Below, piece by piece: positions 52,201 to 64,000 of a stretch of 64,000 nucleotides of DNA. Below the pieces are notes generated by a model that was not told the DNA's origin, made no database searches, and worked only from the letters and a program-made list of their open reading frames with translations. Origin of the DNA: Vicugna vicugna (taxonomy: Eukaryota); contig MU058781.1 of assembly GCA_013265495.1 (NCBI GenBank), positions 10,149,009 through 10,213,008 on the forward strand. The letters are read 5' to 3'. The position numbers and the translations under genes are program-made. The stretch's first letter is position 1; every line of letters begins with the position of its first letter.

Positions 52201-53004
52201 ATCTATGCTGATCAGGGAGAAAATAAAAACTAAAACCCTAGTCTAATACTAAATAAGATAAATGAATAACGCATTTTAAATTTTAATAGTTCTGCCTCCC
52301 TTGGCTTTTGCTGCCTTTTAAGAACAAGTCCTAGCAGAATTTTCTGAGGGCATTGTGTGTCACAACAGAGAACTTCAGCAAGCGTTGTCTTTATTGGGTT
52401 TGGAAATCGCTGGCCATTATGTCCACCTTAGAAGCACATCTTTTTTACGGCACAACCCAAACAAAAGCAAAGAAGGGGAGCAGTGGTGTCACCTGCATTT
52501 CCCTCCTTTGGAAACAGTTTTGCTTTTCTCCCCTGTACCACCCACAAGAATAACAACAGATATTTTAGGGGGAAAGTTGGGGGCTCTTAGCAAAGGGTTA
52601 TTTTCCATCTGTCATCAGTTTGGATTTTGCATATCAATAAAAAATTAATAAACTAATTTCAGGCATATATGACACGGTTAATGTGGAAGGCCTATTGTTG
52701 GAGAGGAATAGTATATTCTTATCAGTGGCTTTAAACAGCTATTCATCATTTCTAAAGGGCAATTATTTGGAATCCATTAAACTGGAATTCATAATACCCC
52801 TGCATACTGAATTTTAAATAGAAATCTGTATTTAGATGAAGGAATACATTAGTATAAGTCATTAGAGCACTGAAAATCCATGACTTGTTCATTTTTCACT
52901 TTTTTTTCAGATAATATGAAACACCAAGGATGTTGGTACTTTAGTAAAACCAAACTAAAAGAACACGATGCACTCTTTCAGTAGCACTGCTAAGGATAAT
53001 AAAG

Positions 53005-53048
53005 CTTTCTCCCTTTCTCCCTTTCTCCCTTTCTCCCTTTCTCCCTCC

Positions 53049-53104
<56 letters not shown>

Positions 53105-53106
53105 TC
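53005..53106. repeat. (CTTTCTCC)n-(CTTT)n polypyrimidine microsatellite
   Basis: Read directly: 102 nt of pure C/T. Confidence 0.95.
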
Positions 53107-54600
53107 ATCTTCATGTTCCAGTTTTTCTAATTATGACATATAAAATGAATCAAGCCTTGAAAAAATCCCCAGTAATCAATAGAAAACTCCCGACTCAAAC
53201 TTCTCTCTGCCATTGGTGCCTTCGCTGGCCACCTAGGCATCTCTGTCCCAAAAGTTGCTACTTAAGATTAGCGTAGCAAAGCTAAAGGGAGATCTTAAGC
53301 ACAATTACACAGTTTCTGTTTCAATTAATGAAAATTTAAATTATAGAGCATTTAAAAATAAATTTAGGCCCCATCATTTTAAATAATTTGAAAATACTGG
53401 TTATTTGACTTGTTTTAATATGTAGGTTGGAAACATTTATAGTTATATTTAAGTATGCAGAATTATGGTTTTTACTGCTGTGAAGGAATGAATAGTAGAA
53501 AGCTTGGTTACCAGACGTCTAACCTAGTCAAGAAATAAATTTTGCACTGTCAGTTTGCTTAACATCTCCTTTTCCCCACAGAAACCATGCAAAATAAATT
53601 ATAGTCCAGCCTATATTAGAATTAACGCCAGCTCTGAATTAGTGTGGGCTGATAGAAATTTTTCTGGGTAACGTCTCTACTGTCTGCTCCCAGCTTAGAC
53701 TTCTGTTACCATCTATGTACTAGTTACTTACATTGACTTCTTTAGTAGATATATTCAGCCAAGGGAATAAGAAAGGTAAGGACAAGGAAGCTAAGAAAGA
53801 CCACGGTAGTCTGGACTTCACTAAGCTTCCGCATCCCCCAGCACACCCACCATCCCTCTCTTACATGCAGATCTTAACGAGACAGCCTAATAGAAAGACA
53901 GTGAAAATAATCGTCCATGTGTTTTAATGTGCTCTGGCAACAAATCAGATTTCTAAAAAACACAACATATGGCCCTATGACTTGTGGCCTTGTTTGGAAT
54001 GGTGTGAACACAGTCTGTTCCAGCATCCATGTTACTAACATTTTTCTTGACAAGAAACTAGGTTTTAAGTACGTGCACAAGCATGTACATCTGGTCGTAT
54101 GTGCAAGTACACACAAGCCAGCCCACGCTGAGTTCACCTCCCGTATGCTAGTACACATATAGGCTGGGTAACACTGATTTACAGGCAGCAGCTCCTTTTG
54201 AGTTGCTGTTTGAAGTCTTGGATGACAGACAGTCATGCTTAAAATGAACAACAGTGTGCTTATCTGTGTGAAGGCAAGAGGACACCCAGCCAGGTGCTGG
54301 AGTTTGTGTTTGTGCCTGCTTTGGACTTTATTCTAGATAGACATTTATAATGTTTATTTTTCCCCCTAATCTGAACAGATGAATTTGACCTCACTTTCTT
54401 AATTCACAAAATGAGATTATACATTTGCTAAGTGCTTTTAAAGATTCAGTAAACTATATTTCGCATATAGTAGATAAACATATATGTCGTATGTTAAATA
54501 ACATGCTGTATATTACTATTATATACATACTATGTTGTGTATGTTTATGTGTCTAAAGTGATTAGCAGATGACCATAATAGCTCCACTTACATGGAGCCT

Positions 54601-55068
54601 TGTTTTGGTTTGCTAGACTCCTGTAACAAAGTGCCGCAAACTGAGTGGCTTAAACAACAGAAATTGATCGTCTTACAGTTTTGGAGGCTAGAAGTCCAAG
54701 GTGAAGGAGCTGACAGGGCTGGCTCCTTCTGAAGGCGGTGAGGGAGAATCTGCTCCAGGCCACTCGTCTCATTTCTGGTGGTTTGGTGGCAGACTTGGGC
54801 TTGTTAGGTCCCTTGACCTGTGGGCACATTTGCTGGTCTCTGCTTTCATGTTCACGTGGTGTTCTCCCTGTGTCATGTCTGTGTCCAGATTTCCCCTTCA
54901 TATAAGGAAAACAGTTATACTGGATAAAGGGCCCACACTCCTGAGGACTGACCTCATCCTAACAGCTCATTCATCTAGAGTGACTGCTATTTCCAAGTAA
55001 TTCCACACTCTGAGATACTGGGGTTTAGGACTTCCATAAATTTGGGGGATACACTTAAACCTATAACA
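54601..55068 (-). mobile_element. MLT1C-like MaLR solo LTR
   Basis: TG..GTAACAAAGTGCCGCAAACTGAGTGGCTTAAACAACAGAAATT..TGGAGGCTAGAAGTCCAAG..CTGAGATACTGGGGTTTAGGACTTC..CCTATAACA. Confidence 0.9.
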
Positions 55069-56542
55069 GGGTCTATAGATGCAACCAAGGAGGATAGCCC
55101 AACTTGTGAACCACCATTAACGGCTTTTGGATGGGTGGGCTTCAGTGAATGGTGAGTTCTGTAACACCACTCCTGTTCTCAAGAGTGGAATGAGTCTACC
55201 CCAGTGGGCTAGACCCAAGGCTGGCTTTGCCTAACTCATGGGTGTATATTTACTTGAGCCAAGAAATCGAACAAATCATAGTCCAGCCACAGCTCAAGAA
55301 ACAGTGAAACTGGCAGAGATAAGTTCCAGTGTGTGCCTTGGAATGGGAAAAAGGGAAGTGAGCAGACCAAGAAGCCACGCTGACCCTGAGGAAGACTTCT
55401 TGCATCCTGATGAATCAGGAGGAGCCAGACTGTCAGGGGCTGTGCCTTCCTCTGGCATCATGCCAAGAAGGCCATTTGTGTATCACATGACTACACTTTT
55501 TCCAAGCAAGAATTATGTTAATACTTTGTAGGTAACTTGTTTTGAAAATTTATGCTAATACTACTACTACAGTTGAAAGTCTATTAACCAACATATCATA
55601 TTATAGAGTAATAAGACTAGAATGCCTTCCTTTTAAAATGAGCTTACTACATACCTTGTACCTTTTGTTTAATTTCACTTGGTCCCATTTTAATAGAAAT
55701 ACAGTGCTCTATCTTCAGATTTCTAATGTTAAAAATATGAAACATGCAAATGAAAATGGAAAATAGAGTTGCCCATGATATATACTTAAAAAATGTTTAT
55801 GAAATGGGTTTTGAAATTGTATTCGGTGTACATTAGAAAGAAGAAAATGATAGATGGCCCCATGGGAGGTATGAATTTTAAAAATGCATAGTTATTTGGT
55901 GAGAGATAGATAGCAGTTTGGGAGTAACTGCATGGAAAAAATCAAGAAAACTTCAGACAAAAATTAAAACAGTAACATGATTAAAGGAGATTTAGTTGGA
56001 GAAGGCCTTTTGCTCACTGATTAGAATGTCCTCTTTATCCAAAAAGTGGGTAAATTGTGTCTATCCACATAACTAGTGGCATATGAAGAGTAGATAACAA
56101 GCTTTGAATCAATCCCAAAACACAGAGCTTGAAGGAGCATATTAAATAGTATTAGAAATAAAATAAGTGTTATTGAGTAAATTACAGTATTATCCACAGT
56201 GCTCTTTTTCCTTGTGTTGGAATTTTATTCTTTGCATCTGTCAATGCCATGGTTATTAAAATTAATGTTACTTAGTTAAAATTTTACATAAATAATTTTA
56301 CTTTTGATAGATTAGTTATACTCTCAGTCCTATTTAGGGATAGCTCAGTTCTTACTTTAAATAACCGATTTTGTTAGCTCATGAAGCACTTACGAGAAAC
56401 TCGTGGTCACCATCTCACAATGGTGAATCACTGCTGGCTGATTTTCCTAAGGCCTGACTGCAGACGGCCATACAATTCCTCAACATTTATGAATAGACAA
56501 AGGTGGTCATCTCAGATTATTTAGTTAGAAATGAACTGGTTT

Positions 56543-56991
56543 TTATGGGTTGGGTTACATTTCCCACAAAGGTATCTTGAAGCCCTAATTCCCAGTGCTT
56601 GTGACTGAGACCTTCTTTGGAAATAGAGTCTTTGTCAGTAAGCAAGTTAAGGTGTCATTAGAGTGGGTCCTAGTCCAATCTGACTGATGTCCTTATAAGA
56701 AGAAAATGAAGAAGATGCCATGTAGAAGAAGAGGCACACAGGGCGAGAATGCCAGGTGACAACAGAGGCGGGGGTTGGAGAGATGCAGCTACCAGCCAAG
56801 GCGTGCTAAGGAATGATGACCACAACCAGAAACTAGGAGGAGGCAAGGGAGTGTCCGAAAGAGAATGTGATCCTGCTGACACCTTGATTTTGACTTTCTA
56901 GGCTCCCAAACTGTGACAGAATAAATCTCTCCTGTTTTAGGCCACCCAGCACTTTTCTACTTTGTTACAGCAGCTCTGGGAAACTGATACA
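56543..56991 (+). mobile_element. MLT1B/C-like MaLR solo LTR
   Basis: TTATGGGTTG..GACCTTCTTTGGAAATAGAGTCTTTG..CTGCTGACACCTTGATTTTGACTTTCTAG..AGAATAAATCTC..GTTACAGCAGCTCTGGGAAACTGATACA. Confidence 0.9.
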
Positions 56992-59900
56992 TTGGGTTCT
57001 GGGTAGTTAGCATTTTGCATTACTAGCTAATGCTTGCTGTTACAGAAACTGAATGCCTACACAAATCAAACTGCAAACTCCTTGAAAGCAAGTATCTGCT
57101 TTTTCTGTCTCTGGTCCTACTTTTAAAATACATATTTTGCCCACATACACATATTTTAATCCTTCATGTAATTAAGTTATGCCTGTAATAGTTAAGGGTA
57201 TAACAACCTAAGGATAACACCTGCCTGTGTGTGAGATGATTCAGTAAATGTATCCAGCTTACAAAGTCCAGGGATGGAGTGATTTGTGTGTTATTTCAAG
57301 TAGACCCCAAATCTGGACCTAAGTAAACTAAGTAGGAAAGCTACATCTTTCCACATTCTAGACTCTTTCTAGATTTTTCCCTTGTCCAGATAATTACCAT
57401 CTCTTCTTCCAAACCCAGGAACCCACTGACCTCATGATGCTCTTTGGATTCACAGAGCTTCTCATGGTGGCTTTCCAAGCCTGTCCTCACATGAAGTGCC
57501 CTTTTCTGTCTTCCCATTAAGGGCATAAGGATCTGAATTGGAATGTCTGATTCCTCAGTGAGACTCATCTCAGTCAGGTGGAAGCATTTTGATTAAATCA
57601 GTTCACTTTAAGGAATTAACGGCAACTTGCTTGATTTTCCCAAAGATATTTGCATTTTGAAAGAGGGAAATTATTAACATGAATTAGTCTTTTATTAATA
57701 GAAGTTCAGACAGCATGCAAAGCAAAGAACTGCATGGTGTATAAAGGTTTTGAAGGTGGTCTTTCCCATTTTTCATTATATCTTACCATTAGATAATAGC
57801 CTACTTGAACATTTTAATCTGGCAACCATAGTTGTCCACTCTGATCACTGTGGGTACACAAGGAGAGACTGTATTGTGAAGATACTGGACAATTTAAAAT
57901 GAGTTTTTAGATTCAGTGTTCATGGAACTTTTAGGATAAGCACATTTTTAGGGTTTACAAAAGAGTAGATTTAGGTTTAAGTTTTGGAGTCATCTCATAG
58001 AACAACATTGAACTAATTATCTAACTTCAGAGTGTTCTAACATAGTGTATGTGAAATTAAAATTAAATGACAAAAGACATATAAATTGTCTGGCATAGTG
58101 CCAGAACTTCATTCATTCAAAAATATTTATTGTGTGCCTGTTCTGTCCCTAACACATAGTACACACTCGATAGAAGTTGTTTTATTTCCTTTGTTGGCAG
58201 GCACATGTACAAAATACGCAATAGCGTGACATTGTAAAGACTGAAACATACATGGTCAGTTATGTTGAGCAAACTATCATGTGCCTGCCAATTTGCTGTG
58301 CTTTCTTTTTGCCATACCACTTCCAGTTTTATGTATAATTTCCATTATATGCAATGCAGAGTTTATATTATCACATTAATCTCAAAGAGATTTGAGTTAC
58401 ATTAAGTATTGACATGAAACCAGAGGTACTGTGATAGAGGTTGGACTACGGCAGCCTTTCTAACTACATAGGTAGGTTTTAATAAATTTTTTAATACAGA
58501 CCATTTCCACCTGAAGTTTACTATAAAGGAAAAGTATTTTATTGTTTTTATTAAGGAAATATCTTATATGCATGCATGGTCCATAAGTTAAAAAAGTCTA
58601 TTTCTTAAGTTTAAAGAGCAATGAAGCTAGATTTTTAAAAACCAAGTTTGTCCTGATCAATTAACTGAGCTTTAGGAAGTTGCTTCTTTTCCTTCCATCT
58701 GAGACCAGTTCAGGAGCTGGCATCTTACTTCCCAAATAAGGCATGATTTATAAAGATAAAGAGTGCTTAAGGTCATGATTTAGATTTACCCTTAAGCTTC
58801 TATCAATAATTAAGCTCCAAAAACCTTCTAGGCAACAATTCTTCTTGTTTTCAAAGGTTAATTGCAGGGTTTTTCTGTGCATTTCTATCCTTTGAGTAAA
58901 TATTCCATTAGCAAATTAGTTAGCTAACTCGGTGTATCTGATTATTTGTGTCTGTTTGCTAGCTGTAAAAAAAAAAACCCTCAAAAGTTCATCTTTAGTG
59001 TCTAGACACACATGTGTCTACACGTTAGTATTATGTGGCTTTGAATGTGATTTGTAGCACACAAAAAAGATTATGTGATTCAACCAGTAAAAACCGTATC
59101 GTGTCTTTTTTTTCAGTCTGTCCATCTGCTTACCCTCTTATCATTTATATGTTAATTTAAAAATAAGATAAGCAGTAATGCTGGTCAGTCAGAATCATCC
59201 CTGTGTTTTCTCCGGACTTTTTTGTCTATGCTCATATTGGTTGGCTATGATTCGGGTTGACCTTAGTCAAGTCATTTCACGTATGTAGACCTTAGTTTCC
59301 TCTTCCATAAAACAAAGGAGTAGATCAAGGTTGGTTTCTTTTTTTTTTTTTTTGAATTTACTTTCCCATTCCGTTATTTGAGTTTCTGTGCTGGGCGACG
59401 CTGCTGCATTTGCAGTACATCAGAGGCACCCCCACCCCCAGGGATGTTTGTCATTTGGACCTGTGTTCAGTAGTGATGAAGTCAGTAACAGGGACGAGTG
59501 TGGAAAACTCATTGATTGTGACTTGTGGGATAGTAGACAGTGGGCTAAAGTTTGCTCTGAAAATTTGCCTTTGGTGACCTCAAAATCTATACAGTGTTTG
59601 GGACTATTTCTGATCTATTTCTGAGTAGGACTTGAGCATCCAGCAATAACTTCCCTAAAAAGGTCTTCTCTAGGCTCACACTGGTTCTGAACACTTCAGG
59701 TGGCTAGTTAGACATACAAGCTTGGATGAACTGATTCGACTTTATCTGTCTCCATGTATCAAATTAGTGAAGCCAATGACTGTATCTTTATTTTGCTGCA
59801 TTTTCCATAAAGATGTTTGTTCAACTCAAACTGGTATCTATCTGTGTGTGTGTATATATGAATTTATTTAGTCAATAATTTTTTAATGAGTACCTATTAT

Positions 59901-60714
59901 GTATCACAAACTAATTAAGGCGGGTCCAGGGAGAGGGACTCATACTATTACCAAAGGAGAGCTTGATTCTTTCCCAGAGTTTGTTTAGCTAACACTTGCA
60001 ACAGAAAAAAAAAATCATTTCTAAATAGTATTCTGATCTCCACTGACTTATTTGAGGCTGACATCAAGTTCCATTACCAATGTAAATAGAGGAAGCAGAA
60101 ATGGCATGGAGGGACAGCACTGCATACTTTTAAAGTACAGGAATGCTAACAGACCTCTTATTTGCAAAATCCAAAGAAGTTCACGGAGCCCAAAGCTTAA
60201 CAGAATGATCTGGAAGAACATTTGCTTTGATAGGTGACAGTTTAACGTGTACTTTCTCTTCTCTGTAATTTCTTCCTGCTTGGGACACACTTGCTTACTT
60301 AAATCTTAGCCTCATATGCCCCATGACTATCCAGCTAGAAACAAGCTCTTCCAAGAAGTTTTCCTTGATGCCCAGAGGACATGTTGACCTCTATCTATTT
60401 CCCAGTCGTTGTAAGCAGTTACTGTCATGCGCATTGACTTTTTAGCTCCTGTGACAGTCTCTACCTCACTGTTAATTCTTTTGATAGGTTCATATCTTGT
60501 ATGTCCAAATCTTACTATATCTTTTACATATCTATGTACATATACTATATATTATATATATACTTTATAACATGAGCAATTTATGTATCATATCTGTATA
60601 TATCACGTGTGCCCAAATAGCTGTGTAATTATTTATATTGCCCATGGAATATCTTCAATAGGAACTTAATGATCAAAATTTCCAATAACATAGATCAAGT
60701 TAGAAATACATCCA

Positions 60715-61012
60715 GATTGCAAAATATATTCCATACAGCAATATTTCTTGGGGGTATGGATAGACATCTCTTGAAAAATGGGTCCTGTGGATAATTAATT
60801 TGAGGTATGACAAGTAAAAATAACTTGAAAACATTTATTGCAAAACTTTTTAGAGTCTTTCATATGTAGTATGTGCTATGGATATTTAAAATGAGGATGT
60901 AACCTGCAGACATTGTCAACTTTATTTAAAAGTGGTAAGAGTGGAGAGTGTGCTCCAGGGGAGTATCTTGACTGCTGGACTGGAATTTAATAGGGTATAT
61001 TTCAGGAAACAC
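60715..61012. mobile_element. MER103-like hAT-Charlie element
   Basis: TGAAAAATGGGTCCTGTGGATAATTAATTTG..TTTATTGCAAAACTTTTTAGAGTCTTTCATATG..TTTCAGGAAACAC resembles MER103C. Diverged. Confidence 0.55.
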
Positions 61013-63489
61013 CAGATATTTACAAAACACTAGAAGGTCCAATTTTATAGGTTACAGCTAAAGATACTGTAAAAGCACCTCTGTCAATAGTGTTTTAACT
61101 CCTGGTCCTGAATAACTATTTTCACACCTTAATATACACCCAGGAAACTCCAGTTTCCCATGTTAGGAAGGAAGGGATGGGGGAAATTGTATAGTTTATC
61201 AAATCAAGTATTTAGTGTTATTCCAAGGAGAGATGTCAACATAACCAGTACTCCCATGGTCCTGATTCCAGGGACTTATTTAGGGCAAAGATCATGGTTA
61301 GGATTTTTCTCTGGATGTAGCCCTGACAGCAGATGTATCTATAATTCTAGCCCCTTTCAAAGCATTACCCACTCCATCCCCACACATACAATTTTGAGCG
61401 TCCAGAAAATTAATCTATATGTTTTTAACAAATTACTCATCCAAACTACCTCCTATAAACTATCCTCCCCTCCTTCCTGATTCCCTTTAGATATTTCTGC
61501 TCTTCAGACCTCTTAATGTTTTGCATGCTGTACAGATATGTCTTGCCGTGGGTTCTGATAATAGTGTTCACTGTGGATGCACATGGTTCTCATCATTACT
61601 CAAGTTACCATAATCCTTCATCTGCCTTTGGCACCTTCTCCCACTGAAACAGAGCCCTGAGAGCGTAACCAACACTGCAGGAATCACCAGGCTCCCACGC
61701 ATCTATTAAGGTCTTGGCTGTAGTAAATGTTACCATGGCATGCTTAGCGAGGATGCTCCCACGTCAAGGGCATGTGTGTGTATTGTGCCAAAAGCTCAAC
61801 GGGCCCAAGACGTGCTTTGTTGTTCAGAGCCCTCAATATTCTAAACTCAGCTTCTTTCTCAACTGTGTTAAAGGGGTCCTAAAGCAATACTCTCATGTGC
61901 TTTCAGTATCTTATTGGGGATTTAAAACAATCCTCTTCCTGTTTCCACTTTCAGTTCCTTTTCACTCTAAGTCTCAGATCGTGAGGGCTGAGCTAGAGAA
62001 CAAATCTAAGAGACAAATGTTGTAAGTATGATTATAAGTAAGTCTTTCCATTTGATGGAGGCATAATTCCCACATAGAGCTGTTCTTTTGGAAGCTTCTT
62101 TCTCTTGAAATCATTCATTTTCCAGTTGATTCTTCAGGCTGTTGCATACTTTGGTCATTGCTAAGTATGCTCTCCAAGTCTTTGAGACATAGCCAGATAA
62201 TCTATGTTCTAGGGTGCTTACAGTTGAAAAGAAAATTTTATTTAAACATTAAAATGTGATGTATCTTGTGATTTTTTTTCTCTACTTTCAGTTAAATTAA
62301 ACAGTGTGACCCATCTGAAGTAGGAATGTAGGTTTGAAAAAATGGAAGCTTTTTGAAGACAGTTTCTTTTCCAGCCATTTGTAACTCTAAGCTCAATGAA
62401 GAGATTTTACTGGATATGTAGGTAAGGGAAGGGCAGATGCCTTTGAAGAGAGAAAGACAAAGAGATTTGGGAAGAGACAAAGAGATTTTTCCTAGCAAAA
62501 GGAAAGGATAGTGATTTCTGAGATCCATGAGGATTTGGGATTCAAGAACCACTTTCTCATAACATACAGTAGTGGTTGGATCCCAGAAAAATAGCTAAAC
62601 TGAACTCTGGAATTGGAACTCTCAGCCCTGGAAACATTTATCCTATGTGACATGGGAGATTCTAGATTTCAGTGACTATATGGGCATGGAAAATGGTTTT
62701 CCTGGGGTACTTAGGGCAGATCAAAGACTGGAGGACCCAAATGTTTGTCTCTGTTTAAGACCTCTGGATCACCCTCATAAGGGATGGAGCCCTAATAATT
62801 ACCAGAGTTGAGTTTCCTACCAATCTGGATGATGGAAGCTTGCAGTTGAAATTAATCGATGTAAAGGAAACATGGTTCTGATGTGAGACTTGAACTTGCA
62901 AGAACAATTTAAACCCAGAGTGCAACCCAGAAACACTCAGAAACTTAATTAGAATCTTTGACCTCATGAAACTTACATTTGATGGTTTAACAACACTTAA
63001 CATCTTCTAACAATGTGAAGTAGTATAAGTCAAGTGAAAAAATGAATACAGAACATACAAAGTTTCAAATTTCAAAGCAGAACATACATTTGAAAATAAC
63101 ATGGAAGGAGTCTACTGAAAAAATAAGTGGCCTCTCTTGGGCCATAAATAGTGGGTAGGTATGGATAGCAGAGGAGAAAGGGGAACAGTTCCAAGGAGTC
63201 AACAGGATGAGCAAGACTATGGGCAGGAAAGAGAATCCTGTTTTCAGAGGAGAGTGAGGAGACCAGCGTGACTAATAGATCAGTAGATCAGAATGCAAGG
63301 GGAAGCAGATCCAGGAAGGATATTATTAGGACACAGTGTCAGACTTTGGCAACTCATGTTACACCACACTCTGCAAACCTACTGTTGACCAGAGACTATT
63401 CAGTTCAGTATTTAAATGAATTAAATGTATAAGCTAACAAGCAAAATTCATTTTTATACTTTGCTTTATAGACCAAATCTAGATAAATA

Positions 63490-63700
63490 ATAGTTATCAT
63501 TTATAAAGTACATATTATGTGCCAGGTTTTGTACTAGGTGACTTACCTATGTTGTATCTAATCCTCATTATAAACAAGCATGGGGGTATCAATGTTCCTA
63601 TTTTACATGAGAAAACAGGGAGTAGAGAATGACTGACTGGCTTACTTTAGATCAAATGGACTGAAAGTATTTCATGTCCATTTCATGAGCTACGAATCAT
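63490..63700 (-). mobile_element. MIR SINE
   Basis: ATCATTTATAAAGTACATATTATGTGCCAGG..CTAATCCTCAT..CCTATTTTACATGAGAAAAC. Confidence 0.7.
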
Positions 63701-64000
63701 GGTCAGATTCATCACCGGCAAAAGTCTACATTTTATTTTAACTGTATCACATTTTCTGTGGCATTAAATGTTTTTATAACATATTTAACAATTCAGTAGA
63801 TAATTATATTTTGGGAGAACATAAAACTAAATTAATTGAAAGTAAATACATACAAGGCTATTTCTTATTTTCTTTCAGCTAGAAGTTCATGTTAGAGGAA
63901 TTTAAAAGTAAGATGAAATTAAGCTCCAATTTAGAGCAATGTTCTACAATCAGATGGAAGATGTATGAAATGTACATCTCTTAAAGCCAAATAAAATCAG

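Noticed and set aside
62759..62882. Protein-looking + strand frame after TTTAAG acceptor (LWITLIRDGALIITRVEF..)
   Set aside because: It ends in a stop codon, has no good donor and has no recognisable homology.
1180..63003. Remaining ORFs of the six-frame track
   Set aside because: They are short, show no recognisable domains, and often lie in repeats or microsatellites (e.g. CVCVCV, THTHT, SFFLSFF). This fits chance ORFs in AT-rich non-coding DNA.

Overview
This is non-coding, AT-rich, repeat-rich mammalian DNA, either a large intron or intergenic sequence. Two tRNA-derived SINEs of the camelid Vic-1 type and artiodactyl-style young L1 3' ends suggest a camel, alpaca or llama genome. I found no supportable protein-coding exon, RNA gene or CRISPR array; the ORF track consists of chance ORFs or decayed L1/LTR sequence. 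The recognisable content is transposon debris (L1, L2, L3/CR1, MIR, MaLR/ERVL/ERV1 LTRs, MER5A/MER58/MER2/MER103) and microsatellites. Repeat family names come from recalled consensus similarity, not a database search. Most notable: (1) two near-exact tandem duplications (413/403 bp and 729/725 bp) whose copies differ only by a microsatellite-length indel near the start, probably uncollapsed haplotypes; (2) a perfect 26-bp inverted repeat at an L1 5' junction; (3) a twin-primed inverted L1; (4) a strong AG|GTAAGA recursive-splice-like site beside a putative regulatory module. I see no convincing evidence of a novel biological system.
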